Source: Anthoceros angustus (taxonomy: Eukaryota > Plantae > Anthocerotophyta). Taken from it: a DNA stretch of 64,000 nt. The stretch is from the NCBI GenBank assembly GCA_010909165.1, contig MU008177.1, positions 1,054,001 through 1,118,000 on the forward strand, in the 5' to 3' direction. Below, in pieces: positions 13,228 to 23,985 of the stretch (positions are counted from its first letter, which is position 1; every line of letters begins with the position of its first letter). The notes under the pieces are model-generated. The model saw only the letters and a program-made list of their open reading frames with translations, searched no databases and was not told the origin of the DNA. The translations under genes and the position numbers were made by a program.

Positions 13228-13852
13228 TCTTTTACTCAGAGCAGCTCGTCGAGTGTAGAGGGATGCCCACAGAGGGATGTAGGCGCGAAAAAGGGGGGTG
13301 AAAAAAGAAGAGCGTTTCATACCTCGGGTGGGTGTTTCTTCTGCCCTGACTGTCAAGACTCCAGAATGCCCTTCTAAAGCACCCGTGAAATGCGTTCAAC
13401 TGTCCGCATCTCTGCGCGTGAAGTTCCAAGTTGTTGGAGTTGTCCTGTCTGGAGACACCATGCACATCCACATCTACTAGCAGGCAGGATCACTCTTGAA
13501 CCACTCTCTCACGGAACGAACTGGAGATGCCGACACCGGCATCAATCCTCGGATTCCACAGCCTTGCAGGTTGTCAGCATTGCTTCCACAGCCACAAAAC
13601 GAGAAGTTGAAAAAACTTGCAAATCTGCTCTCATACGGCTACTAGCTGAATCCAGAAAGGGCAGCCCCTAATCCACAGGATCTGAGCCAAAATCCCAGGC
13701 CTGCACCGGGGCCCTAACCCCTGATCTCCAAGACCCAGGCAGATCCCGGGCGAGTCCACACAAAGCAGACGCAGCGCGTGAATTTGACCCCGCGCCTCTC
13801 TCTTCTGTTCGTTCTGTTATGATGAGAGGTGCCAGGATCAGTGTTAGCCCTC

Positions 13853-13963
13853 CATGTCCATGTCTCAGTTCGGACAGGAATGGACTTATCCATGTCTCAG
13901 TTGGACAGGAATGGACTTATCCATGTCTCAGTTTGGACAGGAACGGACATGTCCATGTCTCAG
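13853..13963. repeat. 32-bp minisatellite downstream of PPR copy A (3.5 copies)
   Basis: catgtccatgtctcagtttggacaggaatgga-type units; the same repeat follows PPR copies B and C. Confidence 0.9.
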
Positions 13964-14010
13964 CAAGCACATTCACCCCAATGAGCACTGGCAACGCTTC
14001 TTCGTGTTTC

Positions 14011-16633
14011 TCACGGTCGACCCTTACAACTGCAACAACCAGCTGTGAATCGATGCACACGGTACCCATCCTCACAACAATGTCTCTCTGTTCAAGCCTT
14101 GACATGATCTCCGTGGAACTGTGGCAGTCACTGCACATGCGTAGATTCTTCGTTACCACCAGAGGTGTCCCACTCGGAGTGTTCAAGAGACCAAACGCCA
14201 GAGCTAGCTTCTCAGCATGCCCACAAAGCACATCTTCCTTTTCCTTCTCACACAGTGGCTTCAACACCAACTTGTGTGAGGTACGTGGCCTCCTTCCTGC
14301 TTCAGACGTGCATTCGTGCTCTACCTTAAGCGCAATATCCTCTCCTTTCTCCCACCAGAAATCTATGTACCTCCTTATTCACCTCAATGGTCGCCACTGC
14401 AGGTTTCTTGTTAGCCCCTGCCCTTCTGTGTTTCAATCCTGTCTACATCGGTCCACCTACCTGCATCTGCATAGGCATTGGCCATGAGCACATAGGCAGA
14501 TGCCCTGAGGTCCAGCCTAACAATGCTTTCAAAACACCACATCGCCCTCTCTATATCCCCGTGACTTTTGCAGGCATTCAACAAAGACGTCAAGCCCACA
14601 ACATTACTTTGGCCCTCACATGATAATAGCATCTTCTCTGCCTCATCTAAATGGCCTGCACGCCCAAGAAGATCAATCATGCAGGTGTAATGCTCAATAG
14701 TAGGTTTGATGCCATGCTGTTCAGCCATGGAATCAAAGTGCTTGCGACCCTCATGGACCAGTCCTCATGACTGCATGCTACTAGAAGGCAAGTAAAAGTA
14801 GCATCATTCAGGCTGAATACCGGCAACTAACATCTCCTCAAAACAAGCTAGTGCCTTGTGACCTTCATCACAAGCACCATACCCAGATATCAGGGCATTC
14901 CATGTCACCACATCCTTTGTGCCATGCTGTCAAAAACCTGGCGTGCATCTTCCAGTTCACCACATTTTGCATACATGTCCACCAGGCAGGTGCCCACCAC
15001 TACGTTATCCAGCAGTCCTCTTCCAATCTGTGAGTGCAGCTGGCGGCCCTTCTGTAAGGCACCAGTGCTTCCACAGGCCTTTAGAAGGCAGGCAAATGTA
15101 GCATCCTCAGCCAAAATGACACCCTCCTCCTCCATTTGTCCATATACAACAAGCGCCTCCTGGCCGAGTCCTTGCTGCGCATACCCAGCAATGAGCGACG
15201 TCCATGTCACCACATTCTTTGTGGCTAGGCTGTCAAAAATCCGGCATGCATCTTGCAGTTCACCACATTTTGCATCACATGCATACATGTCCATAGCAGT
15301 GCTGCATCTTCCAGTTCACCACATGCATACATGTCCACCAGGCAGTGCCCTCGTCCAGCAGTCCTCTTTCCAATCAATGAATGCAGCTGCCTGCCCTTCT
15401 GTAAGGCACCAGTGCTTCCACAGGCCTTCAGAAGGCAAAATAACACATCAGCCAAAATGAGGCCCTCCTCCATTTGTCCATACAAGCGCCTCTTGGCGAG
15501 TCCTTGCTGTGCATACCCAGCAATCAGGGCATTCCATGTCACCACATCCTTTGTCGCCATGCTGTCAAAAACCTGGCGTGCATCTTTCACTTTACCACAT
15601 TTTGCATACATGTCCACCAGGCAGTTGCCAACAAACAAGTTGAATGCCACTGTACCACATCACAGTGCACTTTTCTGCCAGATTCCAAGTCGGGCAATGC
15701 ACAAGCTTGAAGGGCAGCTACAAAGACGTGAGCATCCGCCTTCACTCCTGATCTACGCATCTCATGGTACAGTTGTATGGCCTCCTGAGGTTTCCCGTGC
15801 CTAGCATGTGCAGAGATTATGGAAAACCACATGAAGACGTTTGGTTTGCCCACCCTGGTGAACACATCCATGGCCTCCTGCAGCCTACCTTCACTTGCAT
15901 ACATGCGCAAGAGATGGTTCCCCAAGTATGCACTCGACTCATACCCAAGTTTGGCAGTGAGATCATGAACTCGACGCCCCACAACCAAATCCTTCTTAGC
16001 TGTACACAGTTTTAGGACAGTGTACAACAGAGACTGAGAAATGGCAGAGTGTGTCTGCGCCAGAGATTCCAGGGCTTCAACGGCCTCAGAAAGCTTCTCC
16101 TGCTGACATAATGTGCTCACGGTAACAGCACTAACGACGGCCATTTCCGATTCTGCACGCCTCGCAGGTTCAGGCTTATTCGGGGAGCTGGACTCGGATG
16201 GAGGGGCACAACCATGGCCCATCTGCAAATCCATGCACATGAGCTGCTCATCAACCCAAGGTGGCTTAAACATGGTGTTTAAGTACAGCACCTCGCCGGA
16301 CCCCTTACGCCGAAAGTCAGGGGAACGGGAGCTCTTTTTATCTCTTCTGTAGTCCCACCACAGGGTAGGGTCCAGAAACAATTGTTGCCACAAGTGCTCC
16401 TGCTCCAGGCAACGACCGTAGATGGAAAACCCGTCCTTACCCACACACTTTCTCGGAAGTGGAAGTGCTGGGCTCCTGACACTGCTGCCCCTGGAGGCTT
16501 TGCTTGCCAGGAGTCGACTCCCTAAGATAAGGTTAGGATGAGCTCGTCGTAGAATCCCTGCACACGCACCAATTTGTTGGGTGCCTTCTGAAAACCAATG
16601 ACTTGCAAAGAGGAGAAAAGAAGCTGTGGCCAT
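14011..16633 (-). pseudogene. PLS-class PPR protein with DYW:KP (GRP) domain, copy A, frameshifted
   Basis: ORF pieces 15587-16633, 15225-15650, 14905-15294, 14411-14728 and 13917-14270 are collinear with the intact copy B. HAEKLA, CSDCH and the GRP-stop at 14011 are present at the DNA level. The frameshifts could be consensus errors. Confidence 0.9.
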
Positions 16634-17208
16634 CGTTCAGGAACCGCTGTCGAAGGTGCATGGACAAACGCTCACAAACGCGTCCTCGCTACGGCACTAA
16701 CCCACAGCCTCCACAGCAGCCAGGCCAGTGGAGTGACCTGGACGGTGAATGGCAGTGCCTACAAAGCTGCTGAACAGCGGGCAGTTAATCTGTGCTCAGG
16801 ACATGGGAACTTGCTGCAGATTAGCAAGGATGGACTGCACCTGGAGAAAGTAGTATCGGCACCGACACCTGCACCTGGACCTGCACCGGAGAACATTTGT
16901 AGCATAGGCACCCGCAACCTTCTTCCACGCATGCTCATGGTTGGCTTCGGGCTTGCTAAGGTCAGCTGCTGAAGAAGGAGGTTCTACCAAGTTGGACGAC
17001 TTCGCAGGGCGCGAACAGGTGGCAGTCACACACAGAGAAAGCTTCGTGGACAACTGAGTGCTGTCCAAAGATTTCCCGAACATGAGCTAGTATCAGCACC
17101 TCCTTTTTGCCTCAGGTGATGCGTCTATGCTTGGCTATGAACTCTCTGGGTTTCCAGAGGATGTTGGGGTGGGTCTTGGACTACAGCTAAGCCCCAAGCG
17201 CTGGTCAG

Positions 17209-17448
17209 CTAGCAAGTCCTGAAATTTTCCACGAAATTCGGCTTCTTGGTCCGATCGTGAAATGTTTGGCTTGTGCTCCAGCTTGTCTTATTTGGCAAGA
17301 CCACAAGCTCAGCCCCCTGGAGGCTTGGTTGTTTGCCAGGGGTGTACACCCTAAAATGAGGTGAGCCGGAGTTCTCAGTGCCCACTAGAAACCCTGTACA
17401 AACAATTTGTTGAGTCCACAATGGATCCGGTCGCCATCTTGCGGCCAT
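17209..17448 (-). pseudogene. 5' fragment of a fourth PPR paralog (N-terminal peptide only)
   Basis: MAARWRPDPLWTQQIVCTGFL aligns with copy B MATAWQPDPLSTQQIGVCTGIL, and the upstream start context is shared. The sequence then diverges. Confidence 0.65.
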
Positions 17449-17498
17449 CGTTCAGGGACCGCTGCTGGAAGATGGACTGCAGGGCCATGGGAGGATCC

Positions 17499-18415
17499 TG
17501 TTGAAGGACCGAGTTCACGGTTTTGCATTGTCTAGTCTACCTACTAAAAGACACACGTTATGGCTTCGAAGTTTGGGACAGAAACCGGGGACGTCGTGTA
17601 TCTGGTCGCTGACTACTACTTCATTATGATTTTCACGGTCTACTTTAGAATTGGATATGGTCCCTACCATACGGACAATATTTGGGTAATAATTTTATTA
17701 CCTTCAGTGAGCTTGATTTATTGTATATTGGGTATTTGTACCTACGGTATTCAAAGCCCAAAGTTCTATTCTTGTAACTCAAGTGCGTCCAACACGATTA
17801 GTAAGGGTTTCAAAATAAGGATTTGTGTGAGGATATGCGTGGATAATAAGGTCTATTTGGCCAGTTACGTAGGCTTGGCGGCAACTCTGCTGTAGGCAAG
17901 GTCCGGAGGAGCTCCGGAGGACGGCCGCAGATATCAAGGAAGGCAGGGTCCGGAACAGCTCCGAAGAAGGTCTGGAGGGGGTCCTGTTTAGATGAGAAAG
18001 GCAAGTCCGAAGGACTGGGTCGTAATTACAGAAGGTTGACAGGTGGAGCTGACGTTCTGCATAATAGATAGGATAGCTGCCCAGGGTACATATCTCGTCT
18101 GCGTCTTGTACTCTTGTACCTCGAGACAAAACACACAAGGGGTCTCGTCTCTCCGCTTAATAGTTGGGGTTTCGGGTTTATAGGTCAGTGCACTTAAACG
18201 TCGCAAGTTGAATGCAAGATGTTGCATTATCCCGTTCTGAGACACCTAAGTCAGCTAACTTAGAGATCATTTAGGATTAGAATAAAGTAATATTAATCAG
18301 CTATCCTATAATTAAACTTATCGATGTACATATTATGTAGTCCAGTGTTTTAATGGGCTCGCGGAGCACCTTGGAGTGTACGCACAAGACTCTCCCCATC
18401 ATCATAATATTAACA
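17499..18415. mobile_element. Probable solo LTR
   Basis: Begins TGTT and ends AACA. It has no PPR homology and contains AATAAA (18281). PPR-flank homology resumes exactly after 18415. No matching TSD. Confidence 0.45.
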
Positions 18416-18808
18416 CCATTCACAACCACACCTACTAGCAGGCAGGACCACCCTTGAACCCCTCTCACGGAATGAACTCGAGATGCCGAGACCGGCATCA
18501 ATCCTCGGATCCCGGAGCCTTGCAGGTGCTATAGCAGCTTTGCTTCCACAGACACGACACGAGAAGCTGAAAAAACTTGCAAATCCGTTCTCACACCGCA
18601 ACAAGCTGAATCCAGCAAGCGCAGCCCCTATTCCACAGGATCTGAGCCCAAATGCCAGGCCTGTACCCCGGCCCTAGCCCCTGATCTCCAAGACCCAGGC
18701 AGATCCAAAAAGAGTCCAAGCGAGGCAGGCGCGTCAAGTTGCCCCCGCGCCTCTCTGTTCTCTCCCTTTCTGTTATAATGAGAGGTGCCAGGATCAGTGT
18801 TAGGCATC

Positions 18809-18920
18809 CATGTCCATGTCTCAGTTTGGACAGGAATGGACATGTCCATGTCTCACTTTGGACAGGAACGGACATGTCCAAGTCTCAGTTTGGACAGGAA
18901 CGGACATGTCCATGTCTCAG
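18809..18920. repeat. 32-bp minisatellite downstream of PPR copy B (3.5 copies)
   Basis: Units start at 18809, 18841, 18873 and 18905. Confidence 0.9.
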
Positions 18921-18967
18921 CAAGCACATTCACCCCAATGAGCACTGGCAACGCTTCTTCGTGTTTC

Positions 18968-21664
18968 TCACGGTCGACCCTTACAACTGCAACAACCAGC
19001 TGTGAATCGATGCACACGGTACCCATCCCTTACAACAATGTCTCTTTGTTCAAGCCTTGACATGATCTCCGTGGAACTGTGGCAGTCACTGCACATGCGT
19101 AGATTCTTCGTTACCACCAGAGGTGTCCCACTCGGAGTGTTCAAGAGACCAAATGCCAAAGCTAGCTTCTCAGCATGCCCACAAAGCACATCTTCCTTTT
19201 CCTTCTCACACAATGGCGTCAACACCAACTTTGTGTGAGGCACGTGGCCTCCTTCCTGCTTCATACGTGCATTTGTGCTCTCTACCTTAAGCGCAATATC
19301 GTTCCTCCTGTCTCCCACCAGAAATCTGTGTACCTCCTTCTTCACCTCAATGCTCGCCACTGCAGGTTTTTTATTAGCTCCTGCTGCCCTTCTCTGTGTT
19401 TCAATCCTGTCTACATCAGTCCACCTACCTGCATCTGCGTAGGCATTAGCCATGAGCACATATGCAGACGCCATTTGAGGGTCCAGCCTAACAATCCTTT
19501 CAAAACACCACACAGCCCTCTCTATGTCACCGTGACTTTTGCAGGCATTCAACAAAGACGTCAAGCCCACAATATTACTTTGGCCCTCACATGATAATAG
19601 CATCTTCTCTGCCTCATGTAAATGGCCAGCACGCCCAAGAAGATCAATCATGCAGGTGTAATGCTCAATAGTAGGTTTGATGCCATGCTGTTCAGCCATG
19701 GAATCAAAGTGTTTGCGACCCTCATGGACTAGTCCCTCATGACTGCATGCTGCTATAAGACAAGTAAAAGTAGCATCATTAGGCTGAACACCGGCCCCTA
19801 ACATCTCCTCAAAACAAGCAAGTGCCTTGTGACCTTCATCACAAGCACCATACCCAGCAATCAGCGCTGTCCATGTCACCACATCCTTTGTGGCCATGCT
19901 GTCAAAAACCTGGCGTGCATCTTCCAGTTCACCACATTTTGCATACATGTCCACCAGGCAGTTGCCCACTACAACGTTATCCAGCAGCCCTCTTTCGACA
20001 ATCTGTGAGTGCAGTTGCATGCCCTTCTGTAAGGCACCAGTGCTTCCACAGGCCTTCAGAAGGCAAGCAAAAGTAACATGGTCAGCCAAAATAAGGCCCG
20101 CCTCCTCCATTTGTCCATACACAACAAGCGCCTCTTGGCCGAGTCCTTGCTGTGCATACCCAGCAATCAGCACTGTCCACGTCACAACATTCTTTGTGTT
20201 CATGCTGTCAAAAATCTGGCGAGCATCTTCCAGCTCACCCCATTTTGCATACCCAGCAATCAGCGCTGTCCATGTCACCACATTTTTTGTGTTCATGCTG
20301 TCAAACACCTGGCGTGCATCTTCCAGTTCACCACATTTTCCATACATGTCCACCAGGCAGGTGCCCACCACTACGTTATCCAGCAGTCCTCTTCCAACGA
20401 TCAGTGAATGCAGCTGCCTGCCCTTCTGCAAGGCACCAGTGCTTCCACAGGCCTTCAGAAGGCAAGCAAAAGTAACATGGTCAGCCAAAATGAGGCCCGC
20501 GTCCTCCATTTGTCCATACACAACAAGCGCCTCTTGGCCTAGTCCTTGCTGTGCATACCCAGCAATCAGGGTATTCCATGTCACCACATCCTTTGTGGCC
20601 ATGCTGTCAAAAACCTGGCGCGCATATTTCACTTCACCACATTTTGCATACATGTCCACCAGGCAGTTGCCCACAAACAAGTTAGTAGGGATGCCACTCT
20701 GCACCACATCACAGTGCACTTTTCTGCCAGATTCCAAGTCAGCGGCAAGGGCACAAGCTTGAAGGGCTGCTACAAAAATGTGAGCATCCGCCTTCACTCC
20801 TGACCTACGCATCTCATGGTACAGTTGTATGGCCTTCTGAGGTTTCCCGAGCTTAGCATGTGCAGAAATTATGGAAAACCACATAAAGACGTTAGGTTTG
20901 CCCACCCTGGTGAACACATCCATGGCCTCCTGCAGCCTGCCTTCACATGCATACATGCGCAGGATATGGTTCCCCAAGTATGAACTCGACTCGTACCCAA
21001 GTTTGGCAGTGAGATCATGAACTCGACGCCCCACAACCAAATCCTTCTTAGCAGTACACAGCTTTAGCACAGTGTACAACAGAGACTGAGAAATGGCAGA
21101 GTCTGTCTGCGCCAGAGATTCCAGGGCTCCAACGGCCTCAGAAAGCTTCCCCTGGTGACATAACGTGCTCACGGTAACAGCCGTTACGACGCTCATTTGC
21201 GATCCTCCACGCCTGCCAGGTTCAGGCTTATCCGGAGACCTGGACTCGGAAAGAGAGGGACCATGGCCCATCTGGATGTCCAAGGAAACCAGCTGCTCAT
21301 CAACCCAAGCTGGCTTAAACATGTTGTTTAACCACAGCACCTCGCCAGACCCCTTACGCCGGAAGTCAGGCGAACGGGAGCTCTTCTTCTCTCGTCTGTT
21401 ATCCCACCACATGGTAGGGTCCAGAAACAACTGTTGCCATAAGTGTTCCTGCTCCTGGCAACGACCATCGCTGGAAAACCCGTCCCTATCCACACGCTTT
21501 CTCGGAAGTGGAAGTTTTGGGCTCCCTAAAATGCTGCACGTGGAGGCTTTGCTTGCCAGGGGTCGACTCCCTAAGCTGAGGTTAGCAGGAGCTCCTCGTA
21601 GGATCCCTGTACACACACCAATTTGTTGGGTCGACAACGGATCCGGTTGCCATGCTGTGGCCAT
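18968..21664 (-). CDS. PLS-class PPR RNA-editing factor with E1/E2 and DYW:KP (GRP-type) domain and an N-terminal OSB-like PDF motif; copy B, intact, 898 aa
   Basis: Single uninterrupted ORF with ~16 P/L/S/SS motifs (VVTWNTLIAGYAQ, FACLLKAC, GNCLVDMYAKCG) and P2-L2-S2-E1-E2. It has KKPAVA in place of the PG box, HAEKLA and CSDCH zinc ligands, and ends CCSCKGRP. The Ser/Arg-rich N-terminus is compatible with an organelle transit peptide. Confidence 0.97.
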   Translation of the reverse strand: MATAWQPDPLSTQQIGVCTGILRGAPANLSLGSRPLASKASTCSILGSPKLPLPRKRVDRDGFSSDGRCQEQEHLWQQLFLDPTMWWDNRREKKSSRSPDFRRKGSGEVLWLNNMFKPAWVDEQLVSLDIQMGHGPSLSESRSPDKPEPGRRGGSQMSVVTAVTVSTLCHQGKLSEAVGALESLAQTDSAISQSLLYTVLKLCTAKKDLVVGRRVHDLTAKLGYESSSYLGNHILRMYACEGRLQEAMDVFTRVGKPNVFMWFSIISAHAKLGKPQKAIQLYHEMRRSGVKADAHIFVAALQACALAADLESGRKVHCDVVQSGIPTNLFVGNCLVDMYAKCGEVKYARQVFDSMATKDVVTWNTLIAGYAQQGLGQEALVVYGQMEDAGLILADHVTFACLLKACGSTGALQKGRQLHSLIVGRGLLDNVVVGTCLVDMYGKCGELEDARQVFDSMNTKNVVTWTALIAGYAKWGELEDARQIFDSMNTKNVVTWTVLIAGYAQQGLGQEALVVYGQMEEAGLILADHVTFACLLKACGSTGALQKGMQLHSQIVERGLLDNVVVGNCLVDMYAKCGELEDARQVFDSMATKDVVTWTALIAGYGACDEGHKALACFEEMLGAGVQPNDATFTCLIAACSHEGLVHEGRKHFDSMAEQHGIKPTIEHYTCMIDLLGRAGHLHEAEKMLLSCEGQSNIVGLTSLLNACKSHGDIERAVWCFERIVRLDPQMASAYVLMANAYADAGRWTDVDRIETQRRAAGANKKPAVASIEVKKEVHRFLVGDRRNDIALKVESTNARMKQEGGHVPHTKLVLTPLCEKEKEDVLCGHAEKLALAFGLLNTPSGTPLVVTKNLRMCSDCHSSTEIMSRLEQRDIVVRDGYRVHRFTAGCCSCKGRP

Positions 21665-22298
21665 CTTTCAGGGACCAGTGTCGGAGGTGCATGGACAAGA
21701 CTAGGCCGCTCACAAACGAGTCCTCTCTACGCGCACTAACCCACTGCCTCCACAGCAGCCAGGCCAGGGTTGGTGGACTGACCTGGACGGTGAATGGCAG
21801 TGCCTGAAAAGCTGCTGAACAGCGGGCAGTTAAGCTGTGTTCAGGACCTGGAAAATTGCTGCTCAATAGCAAGACTGGACTGCACCTCGAGAAAGTAGCA
21901 CCCCTGCACCTGCACTTGCACCTGGAGAAGGTAGCATTGACACCTGCACCTGAACCTGCCCCGGAGAATGTAGCATTGGCACCTGCACCTGCATTTCCCA
22001 AACATTACCTCGCTCAGCACCTCACCTTGCGACTTTTTGCCGCAGGTGACATGTCCAGGCTTGGCTGTGAGCTGCTATACTGCTTTCCTGCTATCGTAGA
22101 GGAGGGGCTTTGTCCTAGAGCTTCGAGGGACTTGGCTGGCGCTGAGCCCCAACCAGCCCATTGATGAGCTTCATATTCTCCAATATACATGGAAAATATA
22201 CCATAAATTGATATAATACATCTTATTGATAAATAATAGATATTATTGATTATAGTATATGAACGTCATTATTAGCATAGCAGTCTTTTTTTTGAGCA

Positions 22299-22400
22299 TA
22301 CGGGCTTTGTTTGGACTACTTGGGAGACTCATGTGAGACTTGCATCTTCTACGGGCTTTGTTTGGACTACTTGGGAGACTCATGTGAGACTTGCATCTTC
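22299..22400. repeat. Exact 51-bp tandem duplication
   Basis: tacgggctttgtttggactacttgggagactcatgtgagacttgcatcttc x2. Confidence 0.95.
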
Positions 22401-22759
22401 CAACTCTGCAGTCCCCTGGACTCCGTATCAAGTTGTTCCCCTTAGGCCTCTGCCGAAGTCCTAGCAATGGTTGTGGGCGCAGTCCGATCACCTTCTAGCT
22501 CTACACGAGGCCTGTTTCTCGTGATCCCACCTTCTTCGACATCTCCCAAAGCAATTACGGCGACTTCCCTTGGAAAGCCTTGCACATGAGGATGGCCTGG
22601 ACTTTATTCCTTTTATTTCCTCAATGGTGTCTTTGTCGCTTCGGGGGAGGAGGGGGGGTCCTTCTGGCCACAAGGAGGTAGCCTCCCATCGCTGCTGTGA
22701 AGGCGCATCTCAGGTAGTGCCTATTTTCTAGGCCGTGCTGGGGAGTATGTCGGAGCTGC

Positions 22760-23282
22760 CTTGAGTGTTTGTGGTTGAGGATTCCTTCTGTTTGGACACG
22801 GCGATTTTCGGTCGGGCTCTTACACCTACCCTGCGACTTTCCTCGGGCTGTTTGTCAGGGACGGTCTATGACCACATCAGTGACTACTTTACTCCCGAGG
22901 ATCTGTGTTTTGGTTTTCGGAGCTTTTTATTATGGGAGCGGCTGCAGCAAAGTGTGAGACCCCCCATTGGATTTCTCGAGTGTTGGGGGCTAGCAAGTTA
23001 TTGGCTATGGAGAAACGCGCGCCGAGGGTGCATCCTATTGCCTTGGAGGAGGCATTCTTATACCACATTAGCCGCAGCATTGCCCTTCAACTCCTGGCTC
23101 ATCTCAGCCCGCATCAATTTGGGATTGCTACTCTAGGGGGCCGTGAGTCGGTGGCCTTCAGTGCACCACCTCGAAACGCGTCGAGGCGGTTCTTGAGTCA
23201 CATCTAGATTAGTTGCCCTACGTATACATATCTATGTTGAGAATGCTTTCAATGTTATCGCCAGGGCGGAGATTTTCAAAGG
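22760..23282 (+). mobile_element. Non-LTR retrotransposon (CRE/RLE-type LINE) reverse transcriptase N-terminal remnant
   Basis: LGASKLLAMEK...VHPIALEE....ISRSI....HLSPHQFGIATLGG.E followed by VENAFNVIARAEIF resembles the RPIAVGE, PHQFGVG.GG.E and D..NAFN motifs. Confidence 0.75.
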
Positions 23283-23389
23283 TGCCTCCTATTTGGTCGC
23301 GAGGTGCCTCCTATTTGGTCGCGCAGGCAAGTATGTGAGAGCTGCCCGAACCCTTCGGCCGAAGCCGGTGGCTCCGGCATATATACTTC

Positions 23390-23452
23390 GAAAGATCCTT
23401 GCCCATGGCCCCATGAGACTCGATAGCAAAGGGAATGAAATCATGGCCTTCC
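23390..23452 (-). mobile_element. Small LINE restriction-like endonuclease fragment
   Basis: The minus strand encodes GHDFIPFAIESHGAMGKDL, homologous to 24965-25024. Confidence 0.6.
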
Positions 23453-23762
23453 AAAGATAAGTAATTAGATTGATTAATTATAATCAAACACTAAACTCAA
23501 GTGCAAAGATTAGTATCACACGGCATAACAGGATGCATAAAAATAACAAACGAATGCGATAAGACTTGCCACCTACCCGCCCACATCCTTGCCTTCAAGA
23601 GTTCTTGACAAACTTGATCAAACTTAGCCGACTCCGACCTCGATCGAGCAACATGCCCCTCTTCACAAGAGCACCACTCGGCCCGGGACCGGAGGCAACC
23701 TTCCTTTGACCTGAATTCCCACCTCTAGAGTGATGGAGGTCGTCTCCGTCGTTCCTTCACCT

Positions 23763-23985
23763 GGAACCCTAAATTTATGATACCCTAAACCTAGAAGATC
23801 AACTTCCGTAAAACCCTAAACCTATGGAACTTTAAATTTGTGAAACCCTAAACTTAGAAGATCAGCAGCTACAAAACCCTAAACCTGTGAAACCCTATAG
23901 TTATGAAACCTTAAACCTATGGAACCCTAAATTTGTGAAACCCTAAACCTAGAAGATCAACTGCCGCAAAAGCCTAACCCTAAAC
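23763..23985. repeat. ~63-bp degenerate satellite built from telomere-like AAACCCTAAA motifs
   Basis: Repeated units of ggaaccctaaatttgtgaaaccctaaacctagaagatca...aaaccctaaacct. Confidence 0.8.

Noticed and set aside
19890-20762. 290-aa plus-strand ORF, and similar ORFs at 14858-15460 and 29226-30122
   Set aside because: Antisense shadows of the PPR repeats.
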